Made by a program: the position numbers and the translations under genes. Under the pieces are notes generated by a model. The model saw nothing but the letters and a program-made list of their open reading frames with translations. It did no database searches and was not told the DNA's origin. From an uncultured Candidatus Izemoplasmatales bacterium (GTDB lineage Bacteria > Bacillota_I > Bacilli_A > Izemoplasmatales > Izemoplasmataceae), in assembly GCA_964456195.1 (NCBI GenBank), contig CAYVZR010000001.1, positions 17,591 through 81,590 of the forward strand: 64,000 nucleotides of DNA. The letters are read 5' to 3'. How positions within the stretch are numbered: position 1 is the stretch's first letter; each line of letters opens with the position of its first letter. Shown here piece after piece: positions 1-8,872 of the stretch.

Positions 1-183
1 CACGTTCTAAATCCATAGAGTCTAGTAATTGAGATTTCATATCTCTACTAGCAATTGTATGTGTTTTTTCTAGGATTCGATCTGCTAAAGTAGATTTTCC
101 ATGATCAATATGAGCAATTATCGAGAAATTTCTGATTTTCTCTTGTCTTTTTCTTATTGCTGCATAATCGATTTTTTGACTCA
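1..183 (-). CDS. lepA: Elongation factor 4 (LepA), N-terminal 61 codons; gene continues past the window start
   Basis: Manual minus-strand translation from ATG at 183: [39 protein letters not shown]..., with GTPase G1 motif [19 protein letters not shown] at ~189-195. Confidence 0.85.
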
Positions 184-260
184 TATTAACACCTCCTCTT
201 TAACGCTTATTAATTTTACATTATATTTAGTATTAATGCAATGAAAAAGATTACTTAGTT

Positions 261-287
261 TATTTAAAACGGCACAAATGAGCCGTT
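261..287 (-). terminator. Hairpin terminator downstream of yaaA-like gene
   Basis: Stem aacggc/gccgtt (268-273 / 282-287) includes the stop codon and is followed on the minus strand by a T-rich run. Confidence 0.5.
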
Positions 288-993
288 AATTAGTTCTTGT
301 GAAAACAATATTATTTATATTTGAAAGTTCTTTGTTGTATCCATAATTATTATCCTTATATTCTTTCATTTGAGAAACACTGTCAATACTATTAATAATG
401 AGGTAATTAAGGAATCTTCCTCTTTCTTGTTTTGAGTAAGTTGCTTGGTTAACAAATTTACCATTTTTAGCTTGAAGGAAGCTTATATTGACCAAATTTG
501 ATGTGTTTATTAATTTCGAAAATTCGTTTGATGCTAGATTTATTACCATTTCATTCTTAAAATAATTGTCTATTTTCCATATCGAGTAGAGATTTAGACC
601 TATATTCATTTTCATATCAAGTCTATAGGGTTTTATTAAAGTACCAGGCTCTAGTATTCCATAAAAAGCATCTATAATGATTAGTTTTTGTTGAATATAA
701 TCATATTCATTCTCGTGATATAGCTCTTTTTGTAATCCTTTAAATACAAGCCCATTAAAACTCTCAAAAGCGTTATATGTAGGTAATTTATTATAGTTTT
801 TTATGTTATTATAAGTCAAGTTTAAGAGATTATTATCGATCTTCATGATTCTTTTGATATCTGTTTTAGATAGTTTTCTTAATTGAGCTAGGATTTTCTT
901 ATGTTCTTTGATATATAATATTTCTTTATCTAATAAATAATCTGATTTTGACAAATCCTGAGTTTTGCTTGGGGATATAATAATTTTCATCAA
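286..993 (-). CDS. yaaA: YaaA-family (UPF0246/DUF328) peroxide-stress protein
   Basis: N-terminus MKIIISPSKTQ carries the characteristic ISPSK motif. The ~235 aa length is typical of the family. Confidence 0.7.
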   Translation of the reverse strand: MMKIIISPSKTQDLSKSDYLLDKEILYIKEHKKILAQLRKLSKTDIKRIMKIDNNLLNLTYNNIKNYNKLPTYNAFESFNGLVFKGLQKELYHENEYDYIQQKLIIIDAFYGILEPGTLIKPYRLDMKMNIGLNLYSIWKIDNYFKNEMVINLASNEFSKLINTSNLVNISFLQAKNGKFVNQATYSKQERGRFLNYLIINSIDSVSQMKEYKDNNYGYNKELSNINNIVFTRTN

Positions 994-1040
994 ATCACCT
1001 CCTTATTATTATATATTATGTTACAATTAAAACAAGGCAG

Positions 1041-1388
1041 GTGTTTATTATTATGAATTTATTTTATTTTCTTCAAAAATATTTAGATAAAAAGAATAAT
1101 GTAGAGTTTAGAATCACATGGGAAAAGCTTATTCAAAGTAGAATGAAGACATTTATCGTTATTATAATTCTGATATGGTTATTATCTACTGCTCTTCTTG
1201 GATATTTAATTAGTCTGTTAGTATGGACGTTTATCGCAATTGTTCTAACATTTTTCTTTGGTGCATATATCGCTTACGTTTTTTTCGTTCAAACATTGAA
1301 ATTTCTAGCAACAAACAATACAAGATATATTCAAAGTAAAATGGAAATGGATGAGAATGTCATTAATTATGATAATGTAGTTGGGTAA
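1041..1388 (+). CDS. Hypothetical small membrane protein (two predicted TM helices)
   Basis: ORF with a hydrophobic core IVIIILIWLLSTALLGYLISLLVWTFIAIVLTFFFGAYIAYVFF, followed by a terminator. The start is uncertain (GTG 1041 or ATG 1053). Confidence 0.4.
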   Translation: MFIIMNLFYFLQKYLDKKNNVEFRITWEKLIQSRMKTFIVIIILIWLLSTALLGYLISLLVWTFIAIVLTFFFGAYIAYVFFVQTLKFLATNNTRYIQSKMEMDENVINYDNVVG

Positions 1389-1408
1389 TCTTAGAAAAAA
1401 TAAAAAGA

Positions 1409-1434
1409 AAAAGACGCATTTATGCGTCTTTTTT
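1409..1434. terminator. Bidirectional Rho-independent terminator
   Basis: Stem aagacgca/tgcgtctt (1411-1430) is flanked by an A-run and a T-run. It can end both the + ORF and the minus-strand rnpB transcript. Confidence 0.65.
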
Positions 1435-1782
1435 AATATCAATACTATGTAAGCCATGTTCTGTACCCTAATAAAAGGGTGGTAACCATTTATCTACGTA
1501 TAAATACGTCTCCTCTTCGGTTCATTTACCAAGTTGGAGTGCCCCTACCATAGTTTGGGTTTCTAGCTTGTGGGGTTTACCCGTTCCACCTTCATAGTTT
1601 CCTATAAAGTTCGTCTCTGTGGCACTTTTAAAGATACTAACACCATTTAACAGGTGTATTCTCAGCCGTCACTTACGTGCATAGAGTTATTGTTTCCTCT
1701 ATCACAATCACTACAAGCATCTCAGCTTGTGCTAGCATGGACTTTCCTAACCTTTCGGCTCGATTACCCAAGTATTAATATT
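1435..1782 (-). ncRNA. rnpB: RNase P RNA, type B (Firmicutes type)
   Basis: Minus strand reads ...GGTTAGGAAAGTCCATGCTAGCACAAGCTGAGATGCTTGTAGTG... and ...ACAGAACATGGCTTACATAGTATTGATATT. These are the universal GGAAAGTCC and ACAGAA-N-GGCUUA blocks. The P1 helix pairs AATATTAATACT with AGTATTGATATT. Close resemblance to the B. subtilis rnpB as I recall it. Confidence 0.85.
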
Positions 1783-1784
1783 TA

Positions 1785-1967
1785 TTACTTATTTAGTTCT
1801 TCTTCTAGTATTTCTTCTAAATCTTCGATGCATCCACCACAAGTGATTCCGGCATCTGTTACATCACCGATCTCATCAACAGTATGTGCACCGTTCTTTA
1901 TTGCTTTAACAATTTCTTCATAAGTAATGTCTTGACAAAAACAGATTACTTCATCTTTTTTTCTCAT
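1785..1967 (-). CDS. BFD-like [2Fe-2S]-binding domain protein (60 aa)
   Basis: Cys pattern C-x-C ...(about 31 aa)... C-x2-C (ICFCQDIT...ITCGGCIEDL), typical of bacterioferritin-associated-ferredoxin-like domains. AGGAGG RBS at 1975-1980. Confidence 0.65.
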   Translation of the reverse strand: MRKKDEVICFCQDITYEEIVKAIKNGAHTVDEIGDVTDAGITCGGCIEDLEEILEEELNK

Positions 1968-1988
1968 ATAAACACCTCCTGGGAAATT

Positions 1989-1997
1989 ATTATATCA
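1989..1997 (-). promoter_or_regulatory. Extended -10 element (TGATATAAT) for the bfd-like gene / rnpB
   Basis: Minus strand reads TATGATATAAT, 6 nt after the pnp stop and ~20 nt upstream of the bfd-like ATG. Confidence 0.45.
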
Positions 1998-2002
1998 TAT
2001 AT

Positions 2003-4174
2003 TTATTCTTTTGTTTCTGTTTTTGCAATAGGGGTAGTTTTAACAACTGGTTTAACAACTGGTTTTGGAAGAGTTGCTTTTCTTGATAAATCAACTCGTC
2101 CTTTATCATCTATTCCAATTACTTTAACTGAGATCATATCATATAATTTAACAACATCTTCAGTTCTTTGAACTCTTTCATGAGCTAGTTTTGAAATATG
2201 ACAAAGACCATCTGTTCCTTTCCATAACTCAACAAAGCATCCAAATTTTTCAATTCTAACTACTTTACCTGAGTAAACTTCTCCTACTTTAGCAACTTTA
2301 ACTATATCTTCTATTATTTTTATTGCTTTTGCAATGTCAACAGTATTAGTATGCATTATTGTAACTCTACCAGTTTGTTCAATGTCGATTTTAACATCAT
2401 TACATTGTTCAATGATTTGAGTAATTTGTTTACCCCCAGGGCCAATAACGTCTCTGATTTTGTCTGGATCAATTTGCATTAATTTAACTTTAGGTGCATA
2501 TTCCGCTACTTCTTCTCTAGAAACAGCAATAATATCATTCATGTTTGCAAGAATTTCAAGTCTTGCGATTCGTGCTTGTTCTAAAGCTTCTTCCATAATA
2601 TCATTATTGATTCCATCAATTTTGATATCCATTTGTAATGCTGTAATACCATCTTTTGTTCCTGCTACTTTGAAGTCCATGTCTCCATTATGATCTTCCA
2701 TTCCTTGAATGTCAGTCAAAATTGAATAACTGTCTCCTTGTTTAACTAATCCCATTGCAATACCTGCAACTGGGCCTTTAATTGGTACACCAGCAGCCAT
2801 TAAACTCATACTACCAGCACAAATTGTTGCTTGTGAACTAGATCCATTGCTTTCAAGTATTTCTGAAACTATTCGAACTGTATAAGGAAATTCTTCTTCA
2901 TTAGGCATAACTTGTTTTAATGCACGTTCACCAAGCATACCATGTCCAATTTCTCTTCTTCCGGCTCCCATATATCTTCCTGTTTCACCAACACTGTATG
3001 GAGGGAAATTATAATGTAACATAAATTTCTTTTCTTGTCTTTCAGCAATACCATCTACAATTTTATGTTCTCTAAGAGAACCTAAAGTAGTCAATGCTAA
3101 TGCTTGTGTTTGACCTCTTGTGAACATTGCTGAACCATGAGTTCTTGTGAATAAGTCTATTTTAGATTCAAGTGGTCTTAATTCATTAAGTTTTCTACCA
3201 TCAGGTCTAACTTTATCTTCACTTATTAATCTTCTTACTTCGTCTTTTACTATGTCATGACAAACTGATCCAACATCAGATAGTAATGCTTTAAGATCAT
3301 CTTTGTCCATACCAGCGTTATCTTCTTCATATTTAGCAGTAATTGCGTCAGTAACTGCGCTTATAGCATCTTCTCTAGCTTTTTTCTCTTCAGTTTGAAC
3401 AGCTTTAACCATATCTTTTTCAACAATAGCTTTAACTTCTGCGAATAATTCAGGGTTTACTACTTTATAATCATATACTTTTTTCTCTTTTCCAACTTCT
3501 TTGATAATTTCTTCTTGGAATGCAACGATTTTCTTAACCCATTCATGTCCAAAGTTAATTGCTGCTAACATATCTGTTTCATTAACGATTTTAGCGCTTG
3601 ATTCTACCATGTTAACTGCATATTTAGTTCCTGCAACTATTAATTCAATATCAGAAAGTTTTTGTTGTTCAGTTGTAGGATTTACTATTAATTTTCCATC
3701 TACTCTACCAACATTTACTCCTGCAATAGGTCCGTTAAATGGAATTTCACTAATTCCAAGTACAATACTACTTCCTATCATAGCAGTCATTTCTGGTGAA
3801 TGATCTTGATTTCCACTCATTACTTGGTTGATTACTTGTACTTCGTTTCTAAACCCATCAGGGAATAGAGGTCTAAGTGTTCTATCAATCAATCTTGAAG
3901 TAAGTGTTTCATTATCACTTGGTCTTCCTTCTCTTTTTAAGAACCCACCTGGGATCTTACCTGCAGCATACATTTTTTCTTGGTAAATACTCATTAATGG
4001 GAAAAAATTCATTGGAACAGCTTTTTTCGATATAGCCGTAACACTTAAAAGTGCAGTGTCTTCATATCTAACTAATGCAGCCCCTGCTGCTTGCTTAGCT
4101 ACTTCTCCAATTTCTACAATTAATTTTCTACCATCAAAATCCATCTCGAATATTCTTACGTCAGTCATATTCAT
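2003..4174 (-). CDS. pnp: Polyribonucleotide nucleotidyltransferase (PNPase)
   Basis: 723 aa. Two RNase PH domains, a KH region ([12 protein letters not shown]) and an S1 domain ([20 protein letters not shown]). Confidence 0.95.
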   Translation of the reverse strand: MNMTDVRIFEMDFDGRKLIVEIGEVAKQAAGAALVRYEDTALLSVTAISKKAVPMNFFPLMSIYQEKMYAAGKIPGGFLKREGRPSDNETLTSRLIDRTLRPLFPDGFRNEVQVINQVMSGNQDHSPEMTAMIGSSIVLGISEIPFNGPIAGVNVGRVDGKLIVNPTTEQQKLSDIELIVAGTKYAVNMVESSAKIVNETDMLAAINFGHEWVKKIVAFQEEIIKEVGKEKKVYDYKVVNPELFAEVKAIVEKDMVKAVQTEEKKAREDAISAVTDAITAKYEEDNAGMDKDDLKALLSDVGSVCHDIVKDEVRRLISEDKVRPDGRKLNELRPLESKIDLFTRTHGSAMFTRGQTQALALTTLGSLREHKIVDGIAERQEKKFMLHYNFPPYSVGETGRYMGAGRREIGHGMLGERALKQVMPNEEEFPYTVRIVSEILESNGSSSQATICAGSMSLMAAGVPIKGPVAGIAMGLVKQGDSYSILTDIQGMEDHNGDMDFKVAGTKDGITALQMDIKIDGINNDIMEEALEQARIARLEILANMNDIIAVSREEVAEYAPKVKLMQIDPDKIRDVIGPGGKQITQIIEQCNDVKIDIEQTGRVTIMHTNTVDIAKAIKIIEDIVKVAKVGEVYSGKVVRIEKFGCFVELWKGTDGLCHISKLAHERVQRTEDVVKLYDMISVKVIGIDDKGRVDLSRKATLPKPVVKPVVKTTPIAKTETKE

Positions 4175-4300
4175 TTCCTCTTTTCTTCTCGTTTTATATT
4201 TTTTATTTTATCCAATTTAATATAATACCATAAATCCGATAAAAAACATAGAAATAATACTTATTGCTAGTATTTATATTAATCTAAATAAAAAAGCAAA

Positions 4301-4972
4301 TTACTCTGCTTTCTTATTAGATATATGATTTATAAACATATCGATTGTGTTATTCAAACAGTTCACTGCATATTTATCATCTGAGATATGATTATAACCC
4401 AGTCTTAAGGCTATTTTTTGAGTAGTTGAAATCATTACTTGGGACACAAAACAAAGTGAATCACTAGCTATGAGTTCAGACTTCACTGAACCATCTTGAA
4501 TTCCTTCTTCAAATATCTCAGCAAAAGTCTGTTTTATGTAATTAATGTGTTGAAAAAACTCATTTTCATCTTCTGTTGTTTTTGAAGGAACTAAGTATGA
4601 ATCAAGGTCTTCCGTGAATTTTAGAAACCCTCGATGGTTATAATACATTTCAATAAACAATCCAAGATAGGCTTTTATTTTTTCAAGACCGTTTAACTTA
4701 TTATCTATATTGTCATGTTTATATTTATCAAATACTTCTCTTTGTTCTTTCCAGTAATCAAAAGCCACGAATTTCACTAAGTATAATTTTTCAGTGAAAT
4801 AGCGGTAGATTGAAGCTTCTCCAACATTTGCTCTTTTAGCAATATTACTTATTTTACTGTTTGTAATTCCATTTATGTTAAATTCAATTTTAGCTGCTTC
4901 AAGAATTCTTTTTATTTTTATTTGTTTTGAATCACTTAAGTCTTCTAACTTTAAATCTTTGAGATTCATCAA
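4301..4972 (-). CDS. TetR/AcrR-family transcriptional regulator
   Basis: N-terminal HTH ISNIAKRANVGEASIYRYFTEK is typical of TetR. 223 aa. Confidence 0.8.
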   Translation of the reverse strand: MMNLKDLKLEDLSDSKQIKIKRILEAAKIEFNINGITNSKISNIAKRANVGEASIYRYFTEKLYLVKFVAFDYWKEQREVFDKYKHDNIDNKLNGLEKIKAYLGLFIEMYYNHRGFLKFTEDLDSYLVPSKTTEDENEFFQHINYIKQTFAEIFEEGIQDGSVKSELIASDSLCFVSQVMISTTQKIALRLGYNHISDDKYAVNCLNNTIDMFINHISNKKAE

Positions 4973-5053
4973 ATCACCTCTCTATTCTATTATATATTTT
5001 TTAAAGCAAAATAGTAAATAATTGGCTTTTTTTATTGCATAAAGTTCTTTTTA

Positions 5054-5082
5054 TAAAAAAAACCGCCTATTTAGACGGTTTT
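5054..5082 (-). terminator. Terminator of AI-2E transporter gene
   Basis: Stem aaaaccg/cggtttt overlaps the stop codon and is followed on the minus strand by a run of eight T. Confidence 0.55.
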
Positions 5083-6179
5083 AATGGTTCAACAATTTTT
5101 AGTTTTTTTGAATCCTCTCGCAGTTCAATAATATATTCAAATGTTACTTTAATAATTCCGGTAATCGGAATTGCCAAGATAATACCCGTAACTCCAAATA
5201 AGGAACCAAAGAAGATGAAACTTGATAATATGAGTAATGGGTGAATGCTAACTTCCCTTCCCATTATCCAAGGCTGTATAATACCTCCTTGTAACCCTTG
5301 ACCAACAAAATTCACTATTATAATTGCTATGAATGTCCATTCCCCAAACATTAATTCTCCTGGAACTGTAAATGAGTATAATAATGGAAGTAACATTCCA
5401 ATAAAACCACCAATATAAGGTATTATATCTAGGAATCCTAATGTGAATCCAAAGAAAATACTTCTTTCACCAAGTCCAAGAATAAAGAATATAATTGTAA
5501 AGAAGATACTCATGATGAACATTGAAGTAAATCTTCCGTTAAAATATTTTTCAATAACAACATTTGATCTAATTCCAAGTTCTCTTAAGTCTTTTTTGTA
5601 TTTTTTTGGTACAACTACAAGTAATCCTTCAAATATCTTTTCTTTATCATTAAGAATAAAGAATAAAAATACCGGAATTAATACTATACTTAATAAAATA
5701 CTTATAAAACTTTTGAATAGGTTGAAAATGTTGATGCTTATAGCTGATACGCTATCTAAACTAACGTAACTACTAATCGATTCATAAAAATCTGCAAATC
5801 GAGAATTATTTTCAGTGAAATTTTCTATTGATGCTAAAATGCTTTCCCAGTCATATAAAACAAATACTTGTGCTTGATCGTAAATCATATTACCTACTAA
5901 TAGAACAAACAAGGCAATAACGCCTAACAACAAGATAAATACTAGGATTACACTAATCCATCTCTTTTTAATTTTTTTATCAAGTAATTTTACAATTGGA
6001 GCAAGTAAATAACTGATAAACAAAGCTACACCTAAAGGGAATATAATTGCATTAATAGCTATAAACAATGTATCAATTTGAGATCCAAATAAATCATTTG
6101 CGTATTTTATTGATATTAATAATAAAGCAATAATACCAAGGTTTTGAAGTGCCTTAACTCTTTTTGCGCTTTTACTCAT
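5067..6179 (-). CDS. AI-2E family transporter (PerM/UPF0118-type permease)
   Basis: 370 aa polytopic membrane protein. The C-terminal part ...IIPYIGGFIGMLLP...QPWIMGREVSIHPLLILSSFIFFGSLFG... is typical of the family. Confidence 0.8.
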   Translation of the reverse strand: MSKSAKRVKALQNLGIIALLLISIKYANDLFGSQIDTLFIAINAIIFPLGVALFISYLLAPIVKLLDKKIKKRWISVILVFILLLGVIALFVLLVGNMIYDQAQVFVLYDWESILASIENFTENNSRFADFYESISSYVSLDSVSAISINIFNLFKSFISILLSIVLIPVFLFFILNDKEKIFEGLLVVVPKKYKKDLRELGIRSNVVIEKYFNGRFTSMFIMSIFFTIIFFILGLGERSIFFGFTLGFLDIIPYIGGFIGMLLPLLYSFTVPGELMFGEWTFIAIIIVNFVGQGLQGGIIQPWIMGREVSIHPLLILSSFIFFGSLFGVTGIILAIPITGIIKVTFEYIIELREDSKKLKIVEPLKPSK

Positions 6180-6198
6180 AATTTAACCCTCCTTAAAC

Positions 6199-6207
6199 AT
6201 TATATCA
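6199..6207 (-). promoter_or_regulatory. Extended -10 element (TGATATAAT) for the AI-2E transporter gene
   Basis: Minus strand reads CTATGATATAATGTTTAAGGAGGG...ATG. Confidence 0.45.
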
Positions 6208-6215
6208 TAGAATTG

Positions 6216-6241
6216 TAAGAAAAAAGCGCGTTTCAGCGCTT
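6216..6241 (-). terminator. rpsO terminator
   Basis: Stem agcgc/gcgct (6225-6229 / 6236-6240), followed on the minus strand by TTTTTTC. Confidence 0.7.
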
Positions 6242-6244
6242 TAA

Positions 6245-6514
6245 TTATCTTCTTAATCCTAATTTTGTTATAAGATCGCGATATCTTTTTGCATCTTTTT
6301 TTGCTAAGTATTTAAGTAAATTTCTTCTGTGTCCTACTTTTTTAAGTAAACCACGTCTTGAATGATGATCATGTTTGTGAATTTGTAAATGTGCATTTAA
6401 TTCAAGAATTTCAGTAGTTAATAAAGCAACTTGTACTTCACAACTTCCTGTATCTCCATCTTTTTGACGGTATTCTTCAACTATTTTTTTCTTTGCTTCG
6501 TTAGATAATGCCAT
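6245..6514 (-). CDS. rpsO: 30S ribosomal protein S15
   Basis: 89 aa. ...[29 protein letters not shown]... is canonical S15. Confidence 0.95.
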   Translation of the reverse strand: MALSNEAKKKIVEEYRQKDGDTGSCEVQVALLTTEILELNAHLQIHKHDHHSRRGLLKKVGHRRNLLKYLAKKDAKRYRDLITKLGLRR

Positions 6515-6599
6515 TTTTGTTTCCTCCTTTTTTATTTTCTTACCTAATTCCTAGTAAATCGTTGGAGTATCGATAAACAAAGATATAGGCGCGATTAAT

Positions 6600-6608
6600 A
6601 TTATATCA
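6600..6608 (-). promoter_or_regulatory. Extended -10 element (TGATATAAT) for rpsO, giving a leader of roughly 80 nt
   Basis: Minus strand reads CTATGATATAATATTAATCGCGCC..., upstream of the rpsO RBS. Confidence 0.4.
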
Positions 6609-6630
6609 TAGTAGATATTTTATGCAAGTA

Positions 6631-7539
6631 TTATCGTTCTAATTCTCTAAAAGTCTTTAATGTATTTATTTTGTCATTGTCGATTTGTGCTATTAGGCCT
6701 TCAACAGTAGAAAACTTGACTTCATCTCTAAGTCTTTTAACAAACTTTATTTCAATTATTTCTCCGTAAATGTCTTTATCAAAATCAAAGATATTAGATT
6801 CTACAGATAACTCTACTCTACAGTTAAGTGTTGGATTGTGACCTACACTTGTCATTGATTCATACCATTTACCTTCTACTCTTGTTAAAGTAGCGTAAAC
6901 TCCTCTTTTAGGGATGAAGTATCCATCTGTATTAATATTTGCTGTAGGATAACCAATCATTTGACCTTTTTTTGCACCATGAAGAACTTCTCCAATTATT
7001 GAGTAATAGTCTCCTAAAACATCTTTTACGTTGTCTACTTGGCCTGATCTGATTAAATCTCTGATATGTGTGCTTCCTACTTTGAAGCCATCATAAGTTA
7101 CTTCTTTTAACACAACTGTGTTAAACCGTGAGTCTTGAAGTAATGTTTTTACATTTCCGCTTCCTCTTTTACCAAACTTAAAGTCAAATCCACATACTAT
7201 TGTATCAATATTTTTTAAGTACCTTTCAATGAACTCAAGTGGACTTAAAGAAGCTTTTTCTTTTGAAAACTCAATTACATACACAAAATCGATATCAAAT
7301 TGTTTGAATATCTCTATTTTTCTATCTAAAGGTGTTAGATATAAATAATCAAGGTCAAATAAAATACTTTTGGGATGAACATCAAAAGTTATAATTACTT
7401 TTGCATAGTTTTTCTCATTACCTATTTCAATTGTTTTTTTAATTAATTCTTTATGAGCAAGATGGACACCATCAAAAAAGCCGATTGCTGCGACTGAATT
7501 ATGTTTAATTGGGTTACCATTTAGTTTAATGATTTTCAT
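6631..7539 (-). CDS. ribF: Bifunctional riboflavin kinase / FAD synthetase
   Basis: 302 aa. N-terminal IGFFDGVHLAHKEL (GxFDGxHxxH) and a C-terminal riboflavin kinase domain (GYPTANI). Confidence 0.9.
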   Translation of the reverse strand: MKIIKLNGNPIKHNSVAAIGFFDGVHLAHKELIKKTIEIGNEKNYAKVIITFDVHPKSILFDLDYLYLTPLDRKIEIFKQFDIDFVYVIEFSKEKASLSPLEFIERYLKNIDTIVCGFDFKFGKRGSGNVKTLLQDSRFNTVVLKEVTYDGFKVGSTHIRDLIRSGQVDNVKDVLGDYYSIIGEVLHGAKKGQMIGYPTANINTDGYFIPKRGVYATLTRVEGKWYESMTSVGHNPTLNCRVELSVESNIFDFDKDIYGEIIEIKFVKRLRDEVKFSTVEGLIAQIDNDKINTLKTFRELER

Positions 7540-7553
7540 ACTTTCAACCCTCT

Positions 7554-8423
7554 TTAAAATACGTTTATTGCCTTCATCTTAGGCTCTGTAGGATGTTTAT
7601 CATAGATTGCGAGTAAATTATCATCCTCGTCTACCATTCTTGTTAAAGTGTATTCATCAAAATATTTTAAACTTATTGCCATTCCATTTTGAACATGATG
7701 TAGTAGTTCTTGTGGTATAACTAATTTATTCATATAAGATAAGGCATTTGATAGAGATATCATTGTAAAATTACCATTCTCTATTTCCTCTAAAGTGTAA
7801 CTATCTTCAACACTAAATTGACCAGCTTTGATTCTATGTAAATCGTAGCTGTGGGCTGGGTAACCTAACTTTGCTCCTATATCATATGATAATGTTCTTA
7901 CGTAAAGTCCTTTTGAACTATGAACAATATAATCAAAATATGCTACATCGTCTGAATATATAATATCATTTATCTGCTTTATGTCAAAAATATCAATAAC
8001 TCTTGAGGGAATATCATCAATCACAATTCCTTTACGAGCATATTCATATAATCTTTTACCTTTGTATTTGATTGCAGAATACATTGGAGGTGTTTGTGTA
8101 TATTTACCTTTAAATGAATTAATCACTTCATCTAAATGGTCAATTTTAGTTACTTTTTTCTCATCTACTATTGTTCCAGTTTTATCTAAAGTGTCTGTAG
8201 ATTTACCAAGTAGAACTCTAGATTGATATATTTTCTCGTCGTTGTTAAGGTATTTCATAATTTTAGTGCCCTTATTTATACCTACAACTAAAATACCGGT
8301 AGCATCAGGATCTAATGTTCCTGTATGACCGACTTTTCTTGTTTTTAAAATTCCTCTTAAAACATTAATTACATCATGAGAGGTATAATCTTTTGGTTTA
8401 TTTACTAATAATATTCCATTCAT
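7554..8423 (-). CDS. truB: tRNA pseudouridine(55) synthase
   Basis: GILLVNKPKDYTSHDV...VGHTGTLDPDATGILVVGI, including the catalytic Asp motif. Confidence 0.9.
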   Translation of the reverse strand: MNGILLVNKPKDYTSHDVINVLRGILKTRKVGHTGTLDPDATGILVVGINKGTKIMKYLNNDEKIYQSRVLLGKSTDTLDKTGTIVDEKKVTKIDHLDEVINSFKGKYTQTPPMYSAIKYKGKRLYEYARKGIVIDDIPSRVIDIFDIKQINDIIYSDDVAYFDYIVHSSKGLYVRTLSYDIGAKLGYPAHSYDLHRIKAGQFSVEDSYTLEEIENGNFTMISLSNALSYMNKLVIPQELLHHVQNGMAISLKYFDEYTLTRMVDEDDNLLAIYDKHPTEPKMKAINVF

Positions 8424-8487
8424 TTAAATCACCACCGTCATTATACAATAAAGCAAAAAAAAAACCAAGATTAACCTGGTTATTTTT

Positions 8488-8796
8488 TTATGCTTTTCTT
8501 ACCCATTCAACTAAAGCATCTTTTGGCATGAATCCTGCTCTTTGAGCAACAGTCTTTCCTTCTTTTAATACGAACAAAGCCGGAATTCCTTTTACACCAT
8601 ATTGATTAGCAAGTTCAATATTTTTGTCTACGTCTACTTTTACTACTCCAATGTCTGATTGTTCTTCAGATATTTGTTCTAAAACTGGTCCGATCATTCT
8701 ACATGGAGCGCACCATTCTGCATAAAAGTCTAATATTATTGTTCCTTTTGCTATTACTTCTTGAAAGTTGGTACTGTTTGCAAATACTACTGCCAT
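8488..8796 (-). CDS. trxA: Thioredoxin
   Basis: 102 aa with active site WCAPC. Confidence 0.9.
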   Translation of the reverse strand: MAVVFANSTNFQEVIAKGTIILDFYAEWCAPCRMIGPVLEQISEEQSDIGVVKVDVDKNIELANQYGVKGIPALFVLKEGKTVAQRAGFMPKDALVEWVRKA

Positions 8797-8872
8797 AATT
8801 ATTCCTCCTTATTTAAAAAATACAAATTTATTATACTTAAATAATCTAGATAATACAATTGATTCGCATAAT

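Noticed and set aside
1654-2171. Track ORFs 1654-1923 (+) and 1884-2171 (+)
   Set aside because: They lie antisense to or over the RNase P RNA, the Bfd-like gene and the pnp 3' end. Their composition is low-complexity and Ser/Leu-rich, and they have no RBS.
2460-3803. Plus-strand ORFs inside pnp (2460-2693, 3501-3803). The same class occurs inside mutS2 (9048-10418), relA, aspS, parC, parE, dnaG, phoH, mtaB, dnaJ and others.
   Set aside because: They are antisense or alternate-frame ORFs nested in long, motif-verified conserved genes. Such ORFs are typical of AT-rich DNA. They have no RBS and no recognisable domains.
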